Below, one piece after another: positions 42,734-51,665 of a stretch of 64,000 bases of DNA. Both the position numbers and the translations under genes were made by a program. Under the pieces are notes generated by a model. The model was not told the DNA's origin. It saw only the letters and a program-made list of their open reading frames with translations, and searched no databases. The first letter of the stretch is position 1, and every line of letters starts with the position of its first letter. The DNA comes from Planctomycetota bacterium (lineage in GTDB: Bacteria; Planctomycetota; UBA1135; JADKAF01), in contig JADKAF010000002.1 in NCBI GenBank assembly GCA_016719295.1, positions 98,519 through 162,518 on the forward strand. Reading direction: 5' to 3'.

Positions 42734-43920
42734 GATCGATGGCCTTCGGCGCGCTCTTCCTCCTCGGGCTGGGCGTGCTCGTCTATTACACGATCTTCCT
42801 CTCGGCGTTCTCGTTCGGTGGACGAGTGACGCTCGACGTGCGCTTCCCCGACGGAAAGTGGCTCACCTCCGGCGACAAGATCCTCGTCGCGGGCACGCGC
42901 ATCGGCCGCGTCGGCCGCGTGGAGTACCTGGAGGAAGAGGTCGACGAGGGCTTTCCCGTGCGCGCGTACCTCGAGCTCGACCGCGATCTCAAGCTCTTCG
43001 AGGACGCGCGCGTGCGCATCGTGAGCTCGACGCTGCTCGGCGGTCGCATGATCACGATCGCCCCGGGCCAAAAGGGCCAAGCGCGTCGCGTGAGCGAGAT
43101 CGAGTTCCTGCGCGGCGACGTGCAAGGCGACCTCGCCGAGGCCGTCGAGAGCGTCGTCTCCGAGAATCGCGAGGCGCTGAAGCGCACCATCGACAGCGTC
43201 GCCCAGGCCAGCGCGGATCTCGCGAAGCTCCTGCGCGCGCTCGAGGAGGGCCAGGGCTCGGCGGGCCGTCTGCTGCGCGACGAAGCGCTCCATCGCGAGG
43301 TCCTCGGCATGATCGAGGACGCGCGCGGGCTCCTGCAGTCGATCCGCTCGCGAGAGAGCAGCTTCGGCCGCCTGCTCGCCGACGACACGCTCTACGAGGA
43401 GATCGAGGGCATCGCGAAGGCGCTGCGCGAGATCGCCGAAGGGGCGTCGCGAGGCGAAGGCCTGGCCGGGCTCTTGCTCCGCGACAGCGAGATGCGCGCG
43501 CGCATCGATCGCATCGTCGCGCGCCTGGACGACGCCACGGCCGCCATCGAGACGCAGCAAGGCCTGGTCGGCGCGCTGATCTACGACGGCGGCGTGAAGA
43601 GCGCGCTGCAGGAGCTGTCGAGGAACGTGGAGACGATCAGTGCGGAGATCGCGAGCGGGCGCAGCCTTGCCGGCGAGATCCTCGTCGGCCGCCGCCTCGT
43701 GAGCTCGATCGTCGAGCCGCTAGAGGTGATCATGGCCGACGCACGCGCGCTCGTGCAGAACACGCGCGAAGGCCGCGGGATCGCCGGCATGCTGCTCAGC
43801 GACAACGAGTCCGCCGCCCTCGTTCGCAGCATTCTCCGAAACTTCGCACGTAGCCTTGAAGATGCCCGTGAAGCCGCACCGATCGGCACGTTGGTCGGTG
43901 TCCTCATCGGGATCTGCTGA
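42730..43920 (+). CDS. MCE-domain (MlaD-like) protein with a long helical repeat extension
   Basis: N-terminal TM (FGALFLLGLGVLVYYTIFL), an MCE beta-barrel-like segment (VRFPDGKWLTSGDKILVAGTRIGRVGRVEY), about 6 repeats of G-x-x-G-x-LL-x-D, and a hydrophobic C-terminus. ATGA overlap with mlaF. Confidence 0.8.
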   Translation: MRSMAFGALFLLGLGVLVYYTIFLSAFSFGGRVTLDVRFPDGKWLTSGDKILVAGTRIGRVGRVEYLEEEVDEGFPVRAYLELDRDLKLFEDARVRIVSSTLLGGRMITIAPGQKGQARRVSEIEFLRGDVQGDLAEAVESVVSENREALKRTIDSVAQASADLAKLLRALEEGQGSAGRLLRDEALHREVLGMIEDARGLLQSIRSRESSFGRLLADDTLYEEIEGIAKALREIAEGASRGEGLAGLLLRDSEMRARIDRIVARLDDATAAIETQQGLVGALIYDGGVKSALQELSRNVETISAEIASGRSLAGEILVGRRLVSSIVEPLEVIMADARALVQNTREGRGIAGMLLSDNESAALVRSILRNFARSLEDAREAAPIGTLVGVLIGIC

Positions 43921-45074
43921 TGTCGCTGCTCCGCTGCTCTCTCGCGGCTCCTCTCTTCCTCTCTCTCGCCCTCGCCGGCGCCCTCGCGCAGGAGCGGCCC
44001 GACGCGGCCCTCCCGAAGGCACCTTCGCTGCGGATCGCGTTCGCCGGCCCCGCGGGCACGTGGACCAGCGAGCTGCCGAGGCTCGCGGCGCGCTTGGAGC
44101 TCTTGCTCGGAGCCCAGGGCTTCGCGGTGCGCTCGCGCGAGCTGCTCGCGCCCGGCGTCCTCACGCTCCACGGCGAGTGCCGTTCCCCGCAGAAGCTGAC
44201 GCGCCGCGCCCTGCAGTCCCTGCTCCAGCAGCCGCAGCTCGCGCCTTGGCCGAAGCTGCGCGTGCTGCTGAGCGACGCCGATCCGGAGCCGCAGGGCTGG
44301 TGCCTCGAAGGCGAGCTGGCCTTCACGCTGGTGAAGCCCGAGGCCGTGACCCGCGAGACCATCGATCTCGCACGCGAGCTCGCGCGGCGCCATCTGCTGC
44401 AGCGAGGCACCCCCGAGGCCGCTCTCGACGAGATGCTGCGCCACCTCGAGCTGCGCCGGCTCTACGAGCGTCCGAGCGCGGCCGATCCGAAGCGCCTCGA
44501 CGTGCGCTTCGCGCTGCGCGCGGCGATGAAGACGCCCGATACCCTCGAGGTCTCCCGCTGGCTCGCGCTCTTCGCGCCTCGCACCAGCGTCGACCTCCGT
44601 CCGGCCATCGCGGCGGACGAGCCGCTGAAGGACGCGCTGCGCGCGACACCCGCTGCCGCGAGCGCGGCCGAGCTCGCCGCCGTGGTCCGCGAAGCGAGCG
44701 CCGGGGCCTGCGAAGCGCGCGTCGTCCGTGGCGCAGCGGCGCCTTTCCGCCGCGTCGAAGACCTGCGCTTCCTCGCCGCGACCTCGCCTTTGGGACCGGA
44801 GCCCTGCGCGACCCTCGTCGCTCAGCGCGATGCGCTCGGCGGCACGGCGTTGCGCTGGACGCTGAGCGCCGCGGCGAGCGAGCGCGCCGCCGCGCTCGCT
44901 CCGGAGGAGCGCTTCCAGCTCCTGGTGAACGGCGAGGCCTGGGGCGAGGTGCGCCCGCGCGACCTCGCTGCGGGAGAGGGCATCCTCTTCGGCGAGTTCG
45001 CGAGCAGCGACGTCGAGCTGGCCTCCCGCGCGTTCGCTCCGCTCGATCCGCCGGCGCTCTGGATCGCGCGCTGA
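43920..45074 (+). CDS. Secreted protein of unknown function (last gene of the MCE operon)
   Basis: 384-aa ORF with signal peptide MSLLRCSLAAPLFLSLALAGALA-QE. Its start overlaps the MCE gene stop (TGATG). Confidence 0.6.
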   Translation: MSLLRCSLAAPLFLSLALAGALAQERPDAALPKAPSLRIAFAGPAGTWTSELPRLAARLELLLGAQGFAVRSRELLAPGVLTLHGECRSPQKLTRRALQSLLQQPQLAPWPKLRVLLSDADPEPQGWCLEGELAFTLVKPEAVTRETIDLARELARRHLLQRGTPEAALDEMLRHLELRRLYERPSAADPKRLDVRFALRAAMKTPDTLEVSRWLALFAPRTSVDLRPAIAADEPLKDALRATPAAASAAELAAVVREASAGACEARVVRGAAAPFRRVEDLRFLAATSPLGPEPCATLVAQRDALGGTALRWTLSAAASERAAALAPEERFQLLVNGEAWGEVRPRDLAAGEGILFGEFASSDVELASRAFAPLDPPALWIAR

Positions 45075-45111
45075 AGCGCGCGTACGTCGGCACCCGCCGA
45101 CGCCGGCCCGC

Positions 45112-45771
45112 TCAGCGCGGCTCCTCGTCCAGGTAGCCGCCGCGCCGCAGCAGCTCGTCGAGCCCGGGGCGCGGTCCGCCTCCGCCGCCCGGAAGCAGCT
45201 TCTCGATCCACTTGGCGACGAGGTCGGCCTCGACGTGCACGGCCTCGCCCACGGCGAGCTCGCCCAAGTTCGTCTCGCGCAGCGTGTGCGGCACGACCCA
45301 GACGTCGAAGCGCGCGCCGCGCGGCGCGACGACGGTGAGGCTCACCCCGTCGAGCGCGATCGAGCCCTTGTCGATCAGGTAGCGCCCGAGCTCCGCAGGC
45401 AGCTCGAAGCTCAGCGTCTCGCCCGCTCCGGAGCCCTGGCGCCCCACCAGGCGACCGAGGCCGTCGACGTGCCCCGAGACGAGGTGACCACCCAGGCGAT
45501 CGGAGAGCCGCAGGGCTCGCTCCAGGTTCAGGCGCCGCCCGGGCTCTACCGCACCGAGTCGCGTGCGAGCCAAGGTCTCAGCCGAGAGATCGAAGCGCGC
45601 GAGCTCCCCCACCCGAGCCGAAACGGTGAGGCAAGCGCCGTTCACCGCGATGCTCTCCCCCAGGGCGAGATCAGCGGACCAGGGAGCGAGATCGATCCAG
45701 AGCACCTGCTCGCGACCGCTCTTCTCGCGCCGGAGAAGGGGGCGCACGAGGCTGATGATGCCGGTGAACAT
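45112..45771 (-). CDS. ribE: Riboflavin synthase (alpha chain)
   Basis: MFTGII start with two lumazine-binding repeats (ESIAVNGACLTV / GSIALDGVSLTV). Confidence 0.9.
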   Translation of the reverse strand: MFTGIISLVRPLLRREKSGREQVLWIDLAPWSADLALGESIAVNGACLTVSARVGELARFDLSAETLARTRLGAVEPGRRLNLERALRLSDRLGGHLVSGHVDGLGRLVGRQGSGAGETLSFELPAELGRYLIDKGSIALDGVSLTVVAPRGARFDVWVVPHTLRETNLGELAVGEAVHVEADLVAKWIEKLLPGGGGGPRPGLDELLRRGGYLDEEPR

Positions 45772-45849
45772 GAGGGGCGGAGCTGCGAGGGAGGCCGAAG
45801 GAGAACCGCGCGGAACGGCGCTCGAGAGCCGCGGGGGGTGGGAGCGCGC

Positions 45850-45878
45850 TTGACGACCGACAGGCCCTTCCCTAACCT
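45850..45878 (+). promoter_or_regulatory. Candidate promoter of trmD-rplS
   Basis: TTGACG-N17-TAACCT, about 30 nt upstream of the trmD GTG. Confidence 0.4.
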
Positions 45879-45908
45879 GCTGGGCCTTTCTCCGCGGCGG
45901 GTCGGTCC

Positions 45909-46952
45909 GTGCGGATCTTCATCCTGACCCTCTTTCCGGCTGCCGTCGAGGCTTATCTCGCTGCTGGCATCCTCGGGATCGCCCGCCGTAAGCGCTTGAT
46001 CGACGCGACCTTGGTGAACTTCCGCCAGTACGGGCGGGGGCGTCACCGGGCCGTCGACGATCGCCCATTCGGCGGAGGTGCCGGGATGGTCCTGAAGCCC
46101 GAGCCCGTGTTCGACTGCATCGAGCAGATCGAGCGCGAGCACGGTGTTTGCCGAAGGATCCTGCTCTGCCCGGGCGGAACGACGTTCCGCCAGGCGACGG
46201 CGGGCCAACTCGCGAGCGAAGAGCGCCTGCTCTTCCTCTGCGGGCGCTACGAAGGCTTCGACGAGCGCATTCGGCAAGGGCTCGAGTGGACGGAGATCTC
46301 GCTCGGGGACTTCGTCCTCTGCGGTGGCGAGCTCGCGGCCTTGGCCGTGATCGAAGCCACGGTGCGGCTGCTCCCGGGCGTGCTCGGGGACGCGGCTTCG
46401 CCGGCGGAAGAGAGCTTCTCCGCGTGGGAGCCGCTCTCCGTCGAGGCCTCCGGTGCTGCCGGAAGGCGCATGACGCAGGATCCCCGCACGAAAGCCGACA
46501 CCAACCCCACCGCACGCAACCGAGAACTCCGCACACCAACTCCGCCCCCGCCCCCAACTCAGCTTCACCCCCCAACTCAGCGTCAACCCTACGACCCGCC
46601 GCTCGCGAGAGCCGCCGAGCCACTTCCGCTAGAGGACCCCGAGACGGGCCTCGAGTATCCGCAGTACACACGCCCCCGGGTGTACCGCGACATGGAAGTG
46701 CCCCCCGTGCTGCTCTCGGGAGACCACCAGGCGATCCGGGCATGGCGGCGGAGAGAAGCCCGAGAACGAACCGAGCGATCCCGACCCGACTTGTTGCTCG
46801 GCCGCCCGAAGGCGTCCGCGGGGCAGGGCGAATCCGACGAACCATCCCCGCCGCGAGGCGGCGGACTACCATCGCCGCCGCGAGGCGGCGGACCCTCATC
46901 GCTGCCGCAGGGCGGCGCCGAATCATTGCCGCCACAGGGCGGCGCGACCTGA
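45909..46952 (+). CDS. trmD: tRNA (guanine37-N1)-methyltransferase TrmD with a linker insertion and a repeat tail
   Basis: GTG start. RAVDDRPFGGGAGMVLKPEP, CGRYEGFDERI, SLGDFVLCGGELAALAVIEA and LEYPQYTRP are present. About 75 extra residues sit between EESF and LEYPQYTRP. The C-terminal tail has PPRGGG-type repeats. Confidence 0.88.
   Translation: MRIFILTLFPAAVEAYLAAGILGIARRKRLIDATLVNFRQYGRGRHRAVDDRPFGGGAGMVLKPEPVFDCIEQIEREHGVCRRILLCPGGTTFRQATAGQLASEERLLFLCGRYEGFDERIRQGLEWTEISLGDFVLCGGELAALAVIEATVRLLPGVLGDAASPAEESFSAWEPLSVEASGAAGRRMTQDPRTKADTNPTARNRELRTPTPPPPPTQLHPPTQRQPYDPPLARAAEPLPLEDPETGLEYPQYTRPRVYRDMEVPPVLLSGDHQAIRAWRRREARERTERSRPDLLLGRPKASAGQGESDEPSPPRGGGLPSPPRGGGPSSLPQGGAESLPPQGGAT
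46848..46945 (+). repeat. About 27-nt tandem repeats encoding the TrmD C-terminal tail
   Basis: The unit ccgccgcgaggcggcgga... recurs at 46848 and 46875, followed by degenerate copies (ccgcagggcggcg, ccgccacagggcggcg). Confidence 0.75.
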
Positions 46953-47002
46953 CATAAGCACGCTGGGCTCGCGATGAGCCTCAGCCGAGGAGCAAGACGG
47001 CC

Positions 47003-47420
47003 ATGGGCCTGATCCAGGACATCGAGAAGGCGAGCAGCAGGACGGAGACTTTCGACTTCAACGTCGGGGACTCCGTCGAGGTCGGCTATCGGATCAAGGA
47101 GGGCGACAAGGAGCGCATCCAGATCTTTGCCGGCACCGTCATCGCCATCAAAGGCGCGGGCGTGCAAGACCTTCATCGTGCGCCGCATCGTCCAGGGCGG
47201 CGGTGTGGAGCGCACCTTCATCCTCCACTCGCCGCGCGTCGCGAGCATCGAGGTCACCCGCCGCGGAACGGTCCGCCGGGCGAAGCTCTACTACCTGCGC
47301 GATCGCGTGGGCAAGGCGACGAAGGTGAAGGAGAAGATCGTCGCCAGCTCCGAGAAGAAGGCCGCCGCGGAGAAGAAGTCCGCCAAGAGCGCCGCCAAGG
47401 CGGCTGCAGCCAAGGCCTGA
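47003..47420 (+). CDS. rplS: 50S ribosomal protein L19, interrupted by an apparent 1-nt insertion near 47162-47165
   Basis: The frame of ORF 47003 gives MGLIQDIEK...[32 protein letters not shown]. The frame of ORF 47127 continues [50 protein letters not shown], plus a Lys/Ala-rich tail. Confidence 0.88.
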
Positions 47421-47565
47421 GTCGCGCGCCGAGGCTCACCGCCCCGTCGATGCCCTCGTCGTTTCGTGGCTTGATCGCCGGCGCGCCCAAGGGCGCCCGC
47501 GCGGTCGCGCGCGGAGCTCGAGGGCGCGTCGTTTCCGTCGCACACCACACCCACGGTTGACGTAG

Positions 47566-50500
47566 ATGGTCCCCAACATCGGCCGCAAGGTCACTCTCGT
47601 CCTGACCCTCCTCGGGCTGAGCTTGCTCGCGCTGCTCATCCCGCCGCTGGCAGGCGAGTTCCCGATCAAGCTCGGTCTCGACCTGCAAGGCGGCACGCGC
47701 CTCGTGTACCAGGTCGACACGGAGCGCCTGAACGCTCAGCAGGGCACCGACGACTCGATGCAGCGCGATCTCGCGACGCTCATCGACGAGACGATCGGCA
47801 TCATCCGCAACCGCATCGACCCGACCGGCGTGCTCAGCATCACGCTGCAGCGACAGGGCGCGGACCGCATCCTGATCGAGCTGCCGGGCATGTCGCCTGC
47901 CGAGGCGGGCGCCGTGGAGCGCTTGATCACGGAGCTCGGCAAGCTGGAGTTCCGCATCGTCGCCTACAAGGGCGCGGGCTCCGGCGGTGAGCGCAAGGGC
48001 GAGGACGTCGACGTCGACGCCGCGAAGAAGAAGCTGAACGACTGGTGGAGCGCCGAGCTCGCGCGCGGCGGCGACGTCTACGTCGACGAGTACGCGCTGC
48101 GCCGCTACAACGCGCTGCCCGAGAGCGCCGGCGGCCCGCCGACCGGCTTCTTCTGGGCCGGCCTGCAGAACCCGCCCGAGCCGCGCGAGATGGACGGCCG
48201 GGCCCTCTTCCTCGAAGCCTTCTACAAGGCCGCGAAGAAGGAGTGGGCGGAGCGCCTCTCCGACGGCTCGGTCGTGATCCACAACCGTGTGTACGGCGGC
48301 GAGCGTCAGGCGCCTGGGCCGATCTCGGTCGGCGATCAGAGCCCGGTGCCGCTGAAGCTGCGCCGCTCGCCTGGCACCACGCCGATGGTGCACGGCGAAT
48401 GGCTCGACGTGGCGCTGCTGCGCGACGAGCGCGTGCTGACCACGGGCAAGAACTGGGTCTTCACCGGCGAGGATCTCTATCAGACCTTCCCGGACCAGGA
48501 CCAGAACGGCTATCCCTGCGTGCGCTTCATCTGCCAGGCGTCCCGCAGCGATGCCTTCGCGGATTTCACCGAGGCGTACACCAATCGCCCGATGGCGATC
48601 CTGCTGAACGACTATATCTCCGGCAACCCGCCGGTGATCCAGGGCCGTCTGCCCGGCGCCGGCATCATCACCGGCAACTTCAGCTCGGCCGAGGTGAAGC
48701 ACCTGCAGAACGTGCTCCGCTCGGGCAGCTTGAAGATCCCGCTCGAGCTGATGTCGCGCGATCTCATGGGCCCGACCCTCGGTGAGGAAGCGATCCGCCT
48801 GGGCTCGATCTCGGCGCTGATCGGCCTCGCGCTCGTCATCTGGTTCATGACCTACTACTACAGGCGGGTCGGCATCGTGGCGGCGTGGTCGCTCGGCGCG
48901 AACATGCTGCTCCTGCTCGGCGCGATGGCCCTCTTCCGGGTGAACCTGAACCTCCCCGGCATCGCGGGCCTGATCCTGACCGTCGGCATGGCGCTTGACG
49001 CCAACATCCTGATCTACGAGCGCATCCGCGAAGAGCGCGCGAAGCAGCGCACGCTGCTGCAGTCGGCCAAGAACGGCTTCGATCGCGCGTTCCTCACGAT
49101 CTTCGACTCGAACCTTACCACGCTGATCACCTCGGTGGTCCTGATGTGGCTCGGCACCGGCCCCGTGCGCGGCTTCGCGGTCGTGCTCGCGATCGGCATC
49201 CTAACCACGATGTTCGCGGCCCTGGTGGTCACCAAGGTCCTGATCCACTTCCTGCTGCAGAAGCCGAACTTCCGCGAGTTCGAGATGCGCTCGTGGGTGC
49301 CGAAGACCCACTACAACTTCACGAAGTACATGGGCCAGTGCGTCGCGGGCTCGCTGATCGCGATCCTGCTCGGCCTGGTCGTCGTCACGGTGAAGGGCCG
49401 GGAGCTCCTCGGCATCGACTTCACCGGTGGTGGCACCTTCCGCGTCGCGCTGAAGGAGGACATGGAGATCAGCACCGTCCGCGAGAAGATGGAGCAGATC
49501 TTCGAGTCGGTGCAGGTCTCGACCCTCGGTGACAGCAAGCGCGTCTACAGCATCAAGGTGAAGCTCGACCCCGAGGACAACCGCGGGCTCCAGCAGGACA
49601 TCGCCTCGCGGCCGGGCATCTCGCGCCGCGCCGAAGGCGCCGTCGATCGCTCCGCGGCGAAGGGAGCCGGGCTCCGCGACGACCGTCGCTTCGAGCCGAT
49701 CGATCTCGTGCTCCGCTTCGCCCACCCCGTGGTCGAGTCCGACCTCGAGGACATTCGCGAGCGCCTCTTCCGCCAGGGCTTCGTCTCCTTCCCCACCCAG
49801 CCGTGGATGGAAGTCGAGGCCGATGACGCGCGTGCCGTTCGCCGCGCGAACGAAGAAGCCGGTCGCTTCGTGAAGGCGAACTTCCACTCGGCCGACTCCG
49901 GCGACCAGGAGAAGGGCACTCCCAAGCTCGTGGGCGCCGAGGGTACGAGCGGCATCGTCGCGAAGCCGCAGGTGCAGCTCGAACCCACCGATCCCACGGA
50001 GCGCACGGTGGTGCTGCGCAACACGCGCCTCCTCTTCGAGCGCCTGCGCGAGCACGGCGACATGAATCTCGTGCGCCGCGCGCTCCTGCCGCGCTATGAG
50101 CTCGGCATCCAGGGCCTCGAGGCCCAGATCCGCGCGCTGCTGGGCGACCAGCTCGCGCCGGACTTCCTGATCAGCGATCGCGGGATCTCCGATCTCGCGC
50201 TCGAGCAGGTGCGGGTCTCGTTCGAGCTCGGCTTCCCGAAGGCCGTCGACGTCGAGCTGGTGCGCCAGCTCCTGCGCCAGGCGGGCCTCGTTCCCGAGCA
50301 CCTGAAGAGCGAGGGCAAGGAAGTCGAGCCGGGGAGCAGCGCGAGCCGCTTCACCGTCGAGAACGCCTACTCTCGCTACATCGCCGAGGCAGGCACGCTC
50401 TCCACGGAGCTCGCGGCCGAGGCCGCGCGCATCGAGCGCAATCCCGCCGTCGGCGGCGTCTTCGGGCAGGTTTCGGCTACGAACGCGAGCTTCCGCGGCA

Positions 50501-51612
50501 CCGACCGCCGCTGCTCCTTCAATCTGGCCCTGCGCGGCAAGGCTCCGTCGAAGGAAGAGCTGCTCCCGGCGCTGCGAGCGATCGGCCTGCGCTTCGATCC
50601 CGCGAAGCTCACCCAGGTCGAAGGGGATGCCAGCGGCTTGCGCTGGCGCCTCAACGACGCTCGCTCGCTCTGGCTCGACGATCCCGCGCAGCTCCGTGAG
50701 GCGCTGGCAGCGGAGGTCGCGCGCGGCGAAGGAGCGCAGCTCGTCCTCGCCGAGGAAGTGACCCTGAACCTCGTCGGCAAGCCCTCGAGCGGCGATCCGG
50801 TGAAAGCGGTCGAGGAGATGCTGCGCGGCGCGGGCCTCGCCTTCAGCGAGGCGGCGCGCGTGGAGGCGCTGAGCGATGTCTCGTATCGCTTCCGCCCCGA
50901 TGGTCCGTCGACCATGCCGCTCGGACGCATGCAGGACGCGATCACCGGCCAGCTGAACCGGATGGAGGAGAAGGGCCAGGAGCGCCTCGCGGTCGCCTCG
51001 CCGTTCGGCGATGCGTCGCAGATCTCGGCTCAAGCGTCGACCGACCTGCGCGATGCCGCGGTGCTGGCGTTGATCGTGTCGCTGTTCGCGATCACGCTCT
51101 ACATCCGCGCGCGCTTCCACGAGTACCGCTACGCCTTCGGGGCCGTGCTCGCGCTCTTCCACGACGTGCTGATCACGATCGGAGCCGTGGCTCTCGCGGC
51201 CTCTCTCGGCATCATCGACGCGGAGATCGACCTCAACCTGATCGCGGCGCTGCTCACGATCATCGGCTACTCGCTGAACGACACGATCGTGATCTACGAC
51301 CGAATCCGTGAGAACCTGCCGCGCGTGAAGGGCAGCTTCGAGGAGATCGTGAACACCAGCATCAACGAGACCCTCGCCCGCACCTTGCTCACCGGCTTGA
51401 CGACGATCTTCATGATCACCGTCCTGCTGCTGGTGAACTATGGCCGCGGCAACGCGATCGAGGGCTTCGCGTTCGCGATCCTGGTCGGCGTGCTGGCCGG
51501 AACCTACTCCACGATGTACATCGCCTCGCCCTTCCTCATCTGGGTCGAGAAGCGCCGCCTCGCCGCCGATGCGCGTCGCGATGCGCTGAAGGGACGCGCC
51601 GCGGCTCATTGA
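47566..51612 (+). CDS. secDF: Fused protein-export membrane protein SecDF with a greatly expanded SecF periplasmic domain
   Basis: 1348-aa ORF. The SecD part has LGLDLQGGTRLVY and the TM block ...GMALDANILIYERIREE. The SecF part has GIDFTGGGTF and ...IGYSLNDTIVIYDRIREN. About 475 additional residues lie between the two SecF landmarks. Confidence 0.9.
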   Translation: MVPNIGRKVTLVLTLLGLSLLALLIPPLAGEFPIKLGLDLQGGTRLVYQVDTERLNAQQGTDDSMQRDLATLIDETIGIIRNRIDPTGVLSITLQRQGADRILIELPGMSPAEAGAVERLITELGKLEFRIVAYKGAGSGGERKGEDVDVDAAKKKLNDWWSAELARGGDVYVDEYALRRYNALPESAGGPPTGFFWAGLQNPPEPREMDGRALFLEAFYKAAKKEWAERLSDGSVVIHNRVYGGERQAPGPISVGDQSPVPLKLRRSPGTTPMVHGEWLDVALLRDERVLTTGKNWVFTGEDLYQTFPDQDQNGYPCVRFICQASRSDAFADFTEAYTNRPMAILLNDYISGNPPVIQGRLPGAGIITGNFSSAEVKHLQNVLRSGSLKIPLELMSRDLMGPTLGEEAIRLGSISALIGLALVIWFMTYYYRRVGIVAAWSLGANMLLLLGAMALFRVNLNLPGIAGLILTVGMALDANILIYERIREERAKQRTLLQSAKNGFDRAFLTIFDSNLTTLITSVVLMWLGTGPVRGFAVVLAIGILTTMFAALVVTKVLIHFLLQKPNFREFEMRSWVPKTHYNFTKYMGQCVAGSLIAILLGLVVVTVKGRELLGIDFTGGGTFRVALKEDMEISTVREKMEQIFESVQVSTLGDSKRVYSIKVKLDPEDNRGLQQDIASRPGISRRAEGAVDRSAAKGAGLRDDRRFEPIDLVLRFAHPVVESDLEDIRERLFRQGFVSFPTQPWMEVEADDARAVRRANEEAGRFVKANFHSADSGDQEKGTPKLVGAEGTSGIVAKPQVQLEPTDPTERTVVLRNTRLLFERLREHGDMNLVRRALLPRYELGIQGLEAQIRALLGDQLAPDFLISDRGISDLALEQVRVSFELGFPKAVDVELVRQLLRQAGLVPEHLKSEGKEVEPGSSASRFTVENAYSRYIAEAGTLSTELAAEAARIERNPAVGGVFGQVSATNASFRGTDRRCSFNLALRGKAPSKEELLPALRAIGLRFDPAKLTQVEGDASGLRWRLNDARSLWLDDPAQLREALAAEVARGEGAQLVLAEEVTLNLVGKPSSGDPVKAVEEMLRGAGLAFSEAARVEALSDVSYRFRPDGPSTMPLGRMQDAITGQLNRMEEKGQERLAVASPFGDASQISAQASTDLRDAAVLALIVSLFAITLYIRARFHEYRYAFGAVLALFHDVLITIGAVALAASLGIIDAEIDLNLIAALLTIIGYSLNDTIVIYDRIRENLPRVKGSFEEIVNTSINETLARTLLTGLTTIFMITVLLLVNYGRGNAIEGFAFAILVGVLAGTYSTMYIASPFLIWVEKRRLAADARRDALKGRAAAH

Positions 51613-51665
51613 TCCGCCGGCGGCGCTCGGCCAATAAGCGAGCGTACGGTAAGCCAGCGCAAGAG

